A stretch of DNA of 12,996 bases, taken from an uncultured archaeon (lineage in GTDB: Archaea > Asgardarchaeota > Lokiarchaeia > Sigyniarchaeales > SOKP01). Positions 1-7,913 of the stretch are shown here, piece after piece. Position numbers and translations under genes: made by a program. The stretch spans positions 1-12,996 of the forward strand of contig CAZWEM010000076.1 of NCBI GenBank assembly GCA_964632315.1. The letters are read 5' to 3'. The notes beneath the pieces are model-generated. The model had not been told where the DNA came from, searched no databases, and saw nothing but the letters and a program-made list of their open reading frames with translations. Each line of letters opens with the position of its first letter. The stretch's first letter is position 1.

Positions 1-162
1 GGTTCTGTTGATGTTTCTGAAATTGAAGAGAAAATAATTAAGATAATAAAAGATAAACCTGGTTTATCTGATAAAGCATACATGGGATTAATTATGAAAG
101 AATTTAAAGGACAAGTTAATGGTAAAGAAGCAATGGAGATAATTAAAAAACATTTGAAATAA
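1..162 (+). CDS. gatE: C-terminal end (5'-partial) of Glu-tRNA(Gln) amidotransferase subunit E (GatB/YqeY-like tail)
   Basis: Not in the ORF track. Frame 1 is open from base 1: GSVDVSEIEEKIIKIIKDKPGLSDKAYMGLIMKEFKGQVNGKEAMEIIKKHLK*, TAA at 160-162. MGxxMKExKGxxxGK is the GatB/GatE/YqeY tail motif. An aspS start lies directly downstream. Confidence 0.75.
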   Translation, partial: GSVDVSEIEEKIIKIIKDKPGLSDKAYMGLIMKEFKGQVNGKEAMEIIKKHLK

Positions 163-163
163 T

Positions 164-176
164 AAACTTAATAAAT
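164..176 (+). promoter_or_regulatory. Candidate archaeal BRE/TATA element for the aspS fragment
   Basis: AAAC-TTAATAAA (TATA-like at 168-175), then a pyrimidine-rich spacer and ATG at 197. The spacing fits a leaderless archaeal transcript. Confidence 0.4.
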
Positions 177-196
177 ATCCTTTTTCTCTTTAAGTC

Positions 197-304
197 ATGT
201 TAAGAAGTCATAAAATTGGTGAGGTTACTGATAAATTAGCTGGTAAGAAAGTTGAGCTTTGTGGTTGGATAGATTCTATTAGATATTTTAAATCATCCTT
301 ATGA
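197..304 (+). pseudogene. aspS: N-terminal fragment of aspartyl-tRNA synthetase (anticodon-binding OB-fold start), truncated at about 283
   Basis: Not in the ORF track. Translates MLRSHKIGEVTDKLAGKKVELCGWIDSIR|YFKSSL*. The first 29 aa match the AspRS N-terminal pattern M-x-R-T/S-H-x-x-G-E...G-x-x-V-x-L-C-G-W-x-x-x-x-R. The expected (D/E)HG does not follow, and the sequence switches to the antisense of the MDR gene. Confidence 0.75.
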
Positions 305-1098
305 TTACTTCTCCACATCAACATACTAATTTTTTTTTCCCTTGAACGTATTAACGCTGAAAGTATAACTTTAATACGTCCTCCGCCAATAACAATTATT
401 CCTTCAGGGGTTAAAGCGCGTTTATATTCGCTAAGTGAGTGATGAGCTACAAAATCAAGAATTAAATCATATTGGGATCCTAATGCAGTGAAGTCTTCTT
501 GAGTGTAATCAATAGTATAATCCGCACCAATTGATTTTAACATTTCTATTTTTTCCGTACTGTCCACACCCGTAACTTCAGCACCAAAAAGTTTTGCGAT
601 TTGCACAGCAAACGAACCTATCCCACCCCCTGCTCCATTGATCAAGACTTTTTGCCCAGTTTGGATATCTCGTTTACCACGAAGACCCTGCAGTGCGATT
701 AGTGCTGCTGAATTTATTGTAGATGCTTCCTCAAAAGAAATAATTCTCGGTTTGATCATAAAAACTTCTTCAGGGCCACAAACATACTCTGCAAAACCAC
801 CAAAACCTTTCATGTATAAATCTCCAAAAACTTCATCCCCTGGTTTAAAGCGTGTAATATTGGAACCTACAGATACAACTCTTCCAGCTACATCAGTTCC
901 AAGTATTTTAAATCGAGGTTTTAAAAATCCAGTTGGACGAGCCATCCAATAACCTCTTAAATAATCTAAATCAGCACTATTTAAGGAGACGGCATAAACT
1001 TGGATCATAATTTGATTGTCTTTAGGAAAGGGCAGTTCAACTTCTTTTAATTCTAGAACCTCTGGAGATCCATACTTTTCATAAACAACTGCTTTCAT
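208..1098 (-). pseudogene. NAD(P)-dependent MDR-family oxidoreductase (Zn-independent, quinone-reductase-like), C-terminally truncated
   Basis: MKAVVYEKYGSPEVLELKEV start, GroES-like domain (LGTDVAGRV, FKPGDEVFG) and Rossmann motif VLINGAGGGIG. Homology to the neighbouring paralog stops at DDLKYLIE (about 274). The conserved end seen in the paralog ([38 protein letters not shown]) is replaced by antisense-aspS read-through. Confidence 0.85.
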
Positions 1099-1108
1099 AA
1101 GTATTCAT

Positions 1109-2056
1109 CTAAATGACTATTATTACCACATTCCCCTTTTTATGTCCCTTTTCAACATATCTATGCGCTTCAACAATTTCTTCAAGTGGATAACGTTTGT
1201 CTATAGCGGATCTTAATCTTCCTGCTTCAATTAAATCTTTAAGGAAGGTTAGATCTTCGACTTTTAACTTACTTGGGGAATCTTTTATAGTATTGAGATA
1301 AATTCCTGATTCTTTTAGTGAATTTTTACAATATGAAGAAGAAATTCGAGCGACAGCATCAAAAATAACATCATATTTAATTCCATTTAGGGTAAAGTCT
1401 TCTTGTGTATAATCAGTAACTTTATCAGCTCCCAGAAATTTAACCATTTCCAAATTGGTGGTACTACAAACTCCAGTAACTTCTGCCCCATAATATTTAG
1501 CAAGCTGTACTCCAAAAGTACCGACGCTTCCTGAAGCACCATAGATCAGGACCCTTTGTCCACTTTGGATATTTGCTTTTCTAAGAACTGTTAAGGCAGT
1601 AACTCCCCCTGATGCGAAACCACCAGCAGCTTCTTCAAAATTTAGGTTAGTTGGTTTTAAAGTTATTATACCATTCTCAGGCAAGCATTTGTACTCGGCA
1701 TAAGCTCCAAACTTGAATCCGGTTGATGCAAAAACTGCATCTCCCTTTTTAAACTGTTTTACATTTTCACCTAAAGCTTCAATTTCTCCTGCTAGTTCCA
1801 TACCTAACACGGGTCTCTTCGGCTTTTTAATACCAAGCATTAAATACAACATTACAGTTTGGAATTTGGAAGTTGGGTGCTTACCACTTCTAACTATAAC
1901 ATCCCCTATTGTTACAGAAGTTGCGTGTATTTTTATCAATACTTCATTTGCTTTAGGAGTGGGTTTTTCTACATCTTTAAGTTGAAGAACTTCTGGGGGT
2001 CCATATCTTGAATAAACAACGGCTTTCATTTTATCCATTTGTTTCACATTTATCAA
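1109..2056 (-). CDS. NAD(P)-dependent MDR-family oxidoreductase / alcohol dehydrogenase-like (Zn-independent); true start probably ATG 2038 or 2029
   Basis: [58 protein letters not shown] Rossmann motif and a complete GHKKGNVVI end. The structural Zn-Cys cluster is absent. Tandem paralog of 208..1098, separated by 10 bp. Confidence 0.93.
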   Translation of the reverse strand: MINVKQMDKMKAVVYSRYGPPEVLQLKDVEKPTPKANEVLIKIHATSVTIGDVIVRSGKHPTSKFQTVMLYLMLGIKKPKRPVLGMELAGEIEALGENVKQFKKGDAVFASTGFKFGAYAEYKCLPENGIITLKPTNLNFEEAAGGFASGGVTALTVLRKANIQSGQRVLIYGASGSVGTFGVQLAKYYGAEVTGVCSTTNLEMVKFLGADKVTDYTQEDFTLNGIKYDVIFDAVARISSSYCKNSLKESGIYLNTIKDSPSKLKVEDLTFLKDLIEAGRLRSAIDKRYPLEEIVEAHRYVEKGHKKGNVVIIVI

Positions 2057-2447
2057 AATATTTTAGAATAATTTTTTAAATAGGGAAATTATCTGATAAT
2101 ATTTTTTTATTAATCATAAATCATTCTAGGTTTCTTATAAGAGATTGATTACCCTTTAAGAAAAAAATGACAAAGTTAGATTCTCCGCCTTTATATCAAG
2201 AATTTATCATCAAAATCATAAAAAATATTTAAATAAAAATCAATTGCTACATAATAATTACGTTATTTTTATTGAATTGGGGAGTAATTGAAACTAAAAA
2301 TTCTAGAATTTTCCCTATCTAGTTGAAATTCGGGAAGATATCGTTCCACCCCAATTTATTTTTTCTCTAAGGAGTAAGTTTTGTCTAAAAATTAAAATAA
2401 AATTTTCGAAAATTTTTTCCATTCAATTGAAAATTAGATCTTTTTAT

Positions 2448-3332
2448 TCATTTAGTTCTAAGTAATTGATCTACCCAACAGGAATACCAATTTAAAGCTA
2501 AAAATACGTGAGGAACAATATCTTTGAATCCTTCAGATTGAAGTTCTTTCTGAAACATTCGAGATGATTGTGCAGTTTTTGACCAAGAGGTAATTGTTAT
2601 GAAATTAGGAATATTACTATAGCTATAGCAATGAGCGATGTTTTGATAGTACTTTTTTTCAAGGTACTTAATTGTAGTACTGATATCAGTTCCTTCTTTT
2701 AGAGAGATGTGAAAAACAGTTATAAAGCTACTATCATAGAGGGGACTATATTCAATTGAAAATAACGCTAAATTATTCTCGATCATGTGGTTTAATCTTT
2801 TCCTAACTGTCTTAGCAGAAAGTCCCACGTCATCTGCTATATCTGTTATAGACTTCCTAGCATCTCGATTTAAAATCCTAATTATATTATAATCAATTGT
2901 AGTGAGGGGTTCAGGGATTGTAATATAGGGCACATTAATAATTCCAACTGTTGGATTTTCTATTTGAGCAACTTTTGAGACAAAACTACTATAGTCTTGA
3001 AGTTCTGATATATTTCTCAGAAAGCCTGAGATATAGAGAAACTTTCCGCCAGCTATGGCCACAAATTCTACATTTTCATTTTGTCCAAGCTCCTTGCTAA
3101 CAAACTCTAATGATTTTGCTTTAGATGTACCAAATATCATAATCCATAAACTTTTTAATGCAAATATGCTCGGTCGTGCGGTGTAAGCATTGATTACTCC
3201 ATCATCTTCGAGTTTCCGTATTCGTTTATGAATTGCACTTACACCCAATTCGACCATATTGGCTAATTCACGATAGGTCAGACGCGAGTTACCGAATAAC
3301 TTCTTTATGATGGTTAAATCAATTTCATCCAT
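2448..3332 (-). CDS. Lrp/AsnC-family transcriptional regulator with two tandem wHTH plus effector modules
   Basis: Two AsnC-type HTH segments: MDEIDLTIIKKLFGNSRLTYRELANMVELGVSAIHKRIRKLEDDGVI and TTIDYNIIRILNRDARKSITDIADDVGLSAKTVRKRLNHMIENN. Each is followed by an alpha/beta RAM-like domain. Confidence 0.9.
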   Translation of the reverse strand: MDEIDLTIIKKLFGNSRLTYRELANMVELGVSAIHKRIRKLEDDGVINAYTARPSIFALKSLWIMIFGTSKAKSLEFVSKELGQNENVEFVAIAGGKFLYISGFLRNISELQDYSSFVSKVAQIENPTVGIINVPYITIPEPLTTIDYNIIRILNRDARKSITDIADDVGLSAKTVRKRLNHMIENNLALFSIEYSPLYDSSFITVFHISLKEGTDISTTIKYLEKKYYQNIAHCYSYSNIPNFITITSWSKTAQSSRMFQKELQSEGFKDIVPHVFLALNWYSCWVDQLLRTK

Positions 3333-3501
3333 TAATTTATAATTTAAATCATCTTTAGTATAAAATTTTAATTTTGTTATGGATAATTATTCACAAGTCT
3401 GAAATCTAGTAATAATTTTCTGTAAATTTTGAAATTATTAATTATTTAAATTTGTAAATCTTTCTAAAATAAAATTAAAGAAAAAAAGGATTAAATGTTG
3501 C

Positions 3502-3585
3502 TTATTCTTTGCCCCGAACTAGTTTTACTAAAAAAACTATCAGAAAAATTGCTCCAATGGTAACAGAAATAATCGTAAAAATCAT
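3502..3585 (-). CDS. Candidate 27-aa single-TM microprotein
   Basis: Not in the ORF track. MIFTIISVTIGAIFLIVFLVKLVRGKE*. Its ATG overlaps the upstream stop (ATGA, 3582-3585) and follows AAAGGAG. It has a hydrophobic core and basic tail, and a T-tract follows on the minus strand (A7 at 3481-3487). Confidence 0.5.
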   Translation of the reverse strand: MIFTIISVTIGAIFLIVFLVKLVRGKE

Positions 3586-3932
3586 ATCTCCTTTTTACTT
3601 AATTTAATTAATCCTCCAGCCAATACACCAAGCAATATAGTAAGAGAAATAGCAACCACAAGGAATAACATATCGCCTGGTGCGATTAGAGCAAAACAAA
3701 CCCAGACAATCGCTATACCTGCACCAAATAATTCACCTAGTAGTCTCTTATAATTAATTCCTTCATTACTAAATCGGATAAATCCTCAAGAAAGTACACC
3801 AAACAAGATAGTAAGAGAAATAGCAACAGCAAGAAATACAAAATTCCCTGCTCCTAGAAATGCAAATAGGATCCAAACAACTGCTATGGCAACACCAAAT
3901 AATTCTCCAAGCATTCTCTTATAATTATACAT
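3582..3932 (-). pseudogene. Internally duplicated 4-TM small membrane protein (116 codons) interrupted by one in-frame TGA
   Basis: Not in the ORF track. MYNYKRMLGELFGVAIAVVWILFAFLGAGNFVFLAVAISLTILFGVLS*GFIRFSNEGINYKRLLGELFGAGIAIVWVCFALIAPGDMLFLVVAISLTILLGVLAGGLIKLSKKEI*. There are two 57-aa repeats. The TGA at 3786-3788 (codon 49) aligns with GGA/Gly at codon 106. Confidence 0.8.
3594..3926. repeat. Diverged tandem direct repeat, period 171 bp, 2 copies
   Basis: Shared blocks in both copies: ATAGTAAGAGAAATAGCAAC, CACCAAATAATTC and TCTCTTATAATTA. The period is a multiple of 3 and preserves the protein repeat. Confidence 0.9.
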
Positions 3933-4299
3933 ATCTTCTACACTCCGAACTTATTTCATTATTTTTTTTTTATATTTTCAATTAAGATTTGTGATAGAGA
4001 TTGGGGTTCTAATAAGATCTTGTTCACCAGAAGGTAAATATTGTAATGAGAAGGTTTGTAAGAACAAATTAGAAGGAGAATTATATTATTATGAATGACA
4101 AAGTTAAGAAGAAAAAGTTTAACCCAATAAAAGATTCACTTTTTTCCACTAAAAATGAAAGATAAGATATTTAATATTCCTAAAATTGTTCTTTTTGGTT
4201 GAAAATTTAACCTTTCATCAATCTTATTTTTTCTAAATAGTATCTTTACAAATTCAGTGAATTTTGTAGGGTTAAAAAAAAAATTTTCTTAATTTTTTA

Positions 4300-4488
4300 T
4301 CATTCTTTCCCTCTAAGGCGAATGAAAATTATAAAGAAGATCACAAATAGGACTGATGTGATTTTATGAATAGCATAAATAATCTCATACACAAATCCTC
4401 TCACAAGGATTGCAGCAGCTCCACCTGAGACTAGGGAAAATACAATGACAATACTTACTATCCATAGCCATTTTTTATTTTTTTCCAT
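4300..4488 (-). CDS. Small 2-TM membrane protein, last gene of the TetR operon
   Basis: 62 aa with two hydrophobic helices. Starts 3 bp after the ferredoxin stop, and T-tracts follow on the minus strand. Confidence 0.75.
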   Translation of the reverse strand: MEKNKKWLWIVSIVIVFSLVSGGAAAILVRGFVYEIIYAIHKITSVLFVIFFIIFIRLRGKE

Positions 4489-4491
4489 AAT

Positions 4492-5418
4492 TTAATTCTC
4501 TACCTCTCTAAATTTATTTGCTTGATCTATTATATCTGTTATTTTTACAGTAGAGTGATGATAATGTTCGGCGTAGGATACGATTTCACCATAAATTGAT
4601 TCGTTAGGACACCACGAAAAGCAAGCAAAACAATTTTCACAATGATTTTGCCATATAGGTTTACCATTTGTGAGCTTTATATTGTTGACAGGACAAATCC
4701 TTACGCAAATCCCGCATCCACTGCAGCTTTCGTCAACAAAAAAACTCCGATCTGCTAAAGGAATCATTTCTTTAAAGGGTAAACGTGAAGTATTAGAAAG
4801 TTTTTGATATCTCTTTTTAAACACTGGTTTCATAAGTAAATAAATAAGTGGAGCAAAAATGAGTTTAGTAATGCTTTTTCGAGTTTCTAATTCACCTTTT
4901 TCCTTATTATTGATATAATTACTTATATGTGTAAGTTTTTCCTTCCAATGTTCTACGACCTTCTGATGCCTTTTCTGAATCTTAAATGTACTCTTGTTCA
5001 TAGATTCTTTTCTGAATATTATTTTTTTTAGCTTTTCACCTATACTTGGAGCATCATTATATGTGAGTACGGTGAATCCGCCAGCCAATTCTCCACCTCG
5101 CGATTTACAAATCTTACTTACCTCTTCCAACGTGGTGCCAGGCATCCCACTATGAGTACACACTGCAAATATATATTTTGAATTAATATTATCTAATTTA
5201 TAGAGAAATCTTTCAACAATAAGTGGAATTCCACTACTACAATTTGATGCGTAGTAAACAGGAAATACGAATCCTATAATTTGAGCGCTAATAGTTATTC
5301 TCTCTTTTTTTACCACCGAAGATATAGGTATGAGTTTACCATTAATATTTTCCGCAATATCTCTAGCTATAAATAATGAATTACCTGTACCCGTAAAATA
5401 ATAGATTTCTGGATTCAT
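4492..5418 (-). CDS. EFR1-family flavodoxin-like / 2x[4Fe-4S] ferredoxin protein
   Basis: N-terminal flavodoxin-like IYYFTGTGNSLFIA and GFVFPVY. C-terminal CSGCGICVRICP and CENCFACFSWCP cluster motifs, plus YHH. ATGA overlap with the TetR gene. Confidence 0.92.
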   Translation of the reverse strand: MNPEIYYFTGTGNSLFIARDIAENINGKLIPISSVVKKERITISAQIIGFVFPVYYASNCSSGIPLIVERFLYKLDNINSKYIFAVCTHSGMPGTTLEEVSKICKSRGGELAGGFTVLTYNDAPSIGEKLKKIIFRKESMNKSTFKIQKRHQKVVEHWKEKLTHISNYINNKEKGELETRKSITKLIFAPLIYLLMKPVFKKRYQKLSNTSRLPFKEMIPLADRSFFVDESCSGCGICVRICPVNNIKLTNGKPIWQNHCENCFACFSWCPNESIYGEIVSYAEHYHHSTVKITDIIDQANKFREVEN

Positions 5419-6086
5419 TCAACCATCATCTTGTCAATTTTCACCATATCAAAAAAAAACGTGATGTGAATCGAGACTTTTTCAAGTAAACTATCAATTA
5501 AAGCCTCATATGAAGCTTCATTATAATCGAGTATAAAGCATTCAAATAGCAAGTAGAGAGTATGGTAAAAGAATTCTTTCGCTAGGGTTTTAGCATCATA
5601 TTGCTTGATATATCCTTTATCCATCATTAATTGAAAAATATTCTCAAACATCTTAATGGTGGGCGCTATATACTGGTTTTTAAGGAAATCTAAACATTTC
5701 TCATTTTGATAGAGTTCAATCCATATAAGTCTCAGAATCTTACGTATGCGTGGAATCCGTATTTGCTCTATCATTGGTCGAATCGTGTTGTTTAAAAGGA
5801 GTTTAGGTTCTATTTCATCAATGAAATCTTCTAAAGGAATTTGGTTTGAATTATACTTGAATTCATCAATTAAGGATTCAATAATCGAATCCATAATCTC
5901 TTCTTTGCTTTTATAATGACTATAGATCGTACTTTTGTGAATAGGCAGCTTTTCAGCAATATCTCTTACAGAAACAGCATTAAATCCTTTTTTTGAGAAT
6001 AAGTCAATCGAAACGTCTCTGATCATAGACTTAGTTCCTTTTTTGTCCTCAATTTTAACCTTATCTGACTTTATGGATCTCTTCAT
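5415..6086 (-). CDS. TetR/AcrR-family transcriptional regulator
   Basis: TKSMIRDVSIDLFSKKGFNAVSVRDIAEKLPIHKSTIYSHYKSKEEI is a canonical TetR N-terminal HTH, followed by a helical C-terminal domain. Confidence 0.93.
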   Translation of the reverse strand: MKRSIKSDKVKIEDKKGTKSMIRDVSIDLFSKKGFNAVSVRDIAEKLPIHKSTIYSHYKSKEEIMDSIIESLIDEFKYNSNQIPLEDFIDEIEPKLLLNNTIRPMIEQIRIPRIRKILRLIWIELYQNEKCLDFLKNQYIAPTIKMFENIFQLMMDKGYIKQYDAKTLAKEFFYHTLYLLFECFILDYNEASYEALIDSLLEKVSIHITFFFDMVKIDKMMVE

Positions 6087-6150
6087 ACCTTAAATCATCA
6101 CTTTTGAATAAGAAAATTATTCTTTTCTAATATTATAGAATAAAATTTAA

Positions 6151-6184
6151 TATATAAATCTTACGACCGACCGGTTGGTCATAA
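6151..6184 (-). promoter_or_regulatory. TATA box (TTTATATA, 6158-6151) plus an adjacent 24-bp palindromic TetR-type operator (6161-6184)
   Basis: TTACGACCGACC|GGTTGGTCATAA, with 10 of 12 positions symmetric. It is a GC-rich island in very AT-rich DNA, about 75 bp upstream of the tetR ATG, covering the BRE position. Confidence 0.75.
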
Positions 6185-6200
6185 AACTTTTTAGGCTAGA

Positions 6201-7197
6201 TTATTTAAAATTAGGTCCTATTGTAGTATAAATGGCACCAAAATTCATTTTTCGAACAGGATCTTCCTTCATTTCTGTCCAAGTCATACCATCCCACCTA
6301 AAAATCTTATTTGAATGGGATTTCGGGATCTAATATCAATATCTTCATAAATAGTTCCCAAAAATCGCCAAAGGGAATCTTTACTTGCACGAACACCTCC
6401 ATGATGCCAATGACCAGGCAAATTAGACTCAAACTGCCAATTATTAGAGTCATAATTGTACACTAAATGTAGCTTCTTAACGGGACCGTAATAATTTTCT
6501 TTCTCCTGATTATAGAAATTCATATTAATATTCCAAACACCAATGACATACAATACATTGTTCCATTTGTCTCCCGATCCATCAGTGGTTGGAATCGGGC
6601 ACGGTGTCATCACTTCCCAGACGTCATTTTTAGGACTATAGCGCTGATTTAAAGATCCTTCATAAGTGTTTTGTTCGGGTTCATTCCCCGTGTTTTCTGT
6701 GGAACAGTATAACCGACCCTTATGATAAGATGGTATTGGAAATGATTAAGCAAATGGAGCGTCTGCAACATCGACGTCCCATGATTCTTTTAACAAGCCA
6801 TATCTCCAGTTCCAATTCACTCGACTAAACGGTCCTTTATTATTATCACCTCCAAATAGATATACATAATGATTATCAATAACGGGATAATACTTGCCTA
6901 ATTTACTACGTGGTTCTGGCATAGGATCGTAAAGTTCCCAACTATCCTCCGTTATATGATATACTTGGATGTGATCACAGCAACCAGAGTGAGCTTTTTT
7001 TTTCCTCCAAAGCAATATATCTTATTTTTCAAATAGGTCCAACCAGCTCCTTGAACGGGATGAATCATAGGAGTAAGCTGTCCATTTTCACTACTATACC
7101 AATCGTCCGATTTAATGCTATAAACAGTGGTATCTCCTACAGCACGTTTATTTTCTACTTTTCCCCCAATTGCCCATAAGAATTCTCCTTTAATCAT
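6201..7197 (-). pseudogene. Kelch-repeat beta-propeller protein, disrupted
   Basis: The track ORFs 6952..7197, 6746..7015 and 6284..6613 join into one kelch protein (LWAIGG..VY....DDW; IYCFGG..VY....DSW; VYLFGG..RY....ESW; RYSPKNDVW; LYVIGV..YNYDSNNW). Lesions: a frameshift in the T9 run at 6995-7003; an in-frame TAA at 6746-6748 (the frame stays open through SFPIPSYHKGRLYC...DVWEV into the next ORF); and a frameshift at about 6317-6319 that restores HSNKIFRWDGMTWTEMKEDPVRKMNFGAIYTTIGPNFK* (TAA 6201-6203). The 5' end is probably truncated. Confidence 0.85.
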
Positions 7198-7355
7198 AGC
7201 TAGAGAAAAGAAGTAATAGAATAAAGAATTATGTCAATTTTAACAGAAAAATAGAGAGAAAACCTAAAAAAAATGTTATAAAGTAATCTTGAACTTGATA
7301 TACTTAACTTTTTAATTCTTTTTCTATTTCAAATTGACGTATTAATAAAAAAAGC

Positions 7356-7913
7356 CTATAAATCCAATAGATACAAGATCTTAGATATAAAATACAAGAT
7401 ACTAAACAAAATTAAAGCCCAATTTTTAAGTTTAATACCGTACAAGCTAAAAAAGGTCATTGAAACTATTATTATTAAAACTGAAATCGTATATAATATC
7501 CAATTACTGCGATCAATTCCAATAACTATTGAAATGATAAAAATTACAGCCCCTAGTGCTAAAAATTGAATGAAATCTGATGTTTTATTTTTATAACAGA
7601 CCAATAATGGAAATACTCCAATACCTATGATTAAAATTGTTCCGGGCAATAAATCATTGAAAATTAATCCGTATATTCTAAGAAATTCAAGATCTTCATC
7701 AGTTGGGGAATGCAGAAATATTCCAAGAATGAAAAAATTAGTGATCTGCCATAATATCGCAAGTATGCTTCCCACAATTAATAGATTGGTTGACTTAATT
7801 CGCTTATCTTTTTTGATCAGTAGAGCTCCTATGAAGAAACAAATATAAGATGCTAATAACATGAAATCTGAAAGGAGGAGATCTCGAAAATGAAAACTAA
7901 TACTCAACATCAT
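7356..7913 (-). CDS. Hypothetical integral membrane protein (about 6 TM)
   Basis: 185-aa ORF with about six hydrophobic segments separated by short charged loops. No motif recognised, and the start is uncertain. Confidence 0.7.
   Translation of the reverse strand: MMLSISFHFRDLLLSDFMLLASYICFFIGALLIKKDKRIKSTNLLIVGSILAILWQITNFFILGIFLHSPTDEDLEFLRIYGLIFNDLLPGTILIIGIGVFPLLVCYKNKTSDFIQFLALGAVIFIISIVIGIDRSNWILYTISVLIIIVSMTFFSLYGIKLKNWALILFSILYFISKILYLLDL

Noticed and set aside
638-952. + strand ORF of 104 aa (likewise 1713..1985, 7627..7848, 10438..10641, 10735..10935)
   Set aside because: These are antisense shadows lying within better-supported minus-strand genes, with no motifs of their own.
3786-3788. 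TGA as selenocysteine, or TGA=Gly recoding (genetic code 25)
   Set aside because: The paralogous position is Gly, not Cys, and I could not fold a convincing SECIS downstream. TGA serves as a normal stop for the Lrp, TetR and 62-aa genes, and long ORFs have no internal TGA.
3594-3926. The repeat as a CRISPR array or non-coding repeat
   Set aside because: There are only two diverged copies with a 171-bp, codon-preserving period, explained by an intragenic duplication.
3991-4098. 35-codon + strand ORF (GTG start; VIEIGVLIRSCSPEGKYCNEKVCKNKLEGELYYYE)
   Set aside because: It is purine-rich with three Cys, but short, with no recognisable motif or clear start signal. It may be a remnant, but I cannot support it.
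2166-4106. 13-bp direct repeat AATGACAAAGTTA at 2166-2178 and 4094-4106 as element ends or a shared operator
   Set aside because: Several 13-mer matches are expected by chance in 13 kb of AT-rich DNA, and no integrase or transposase is present.
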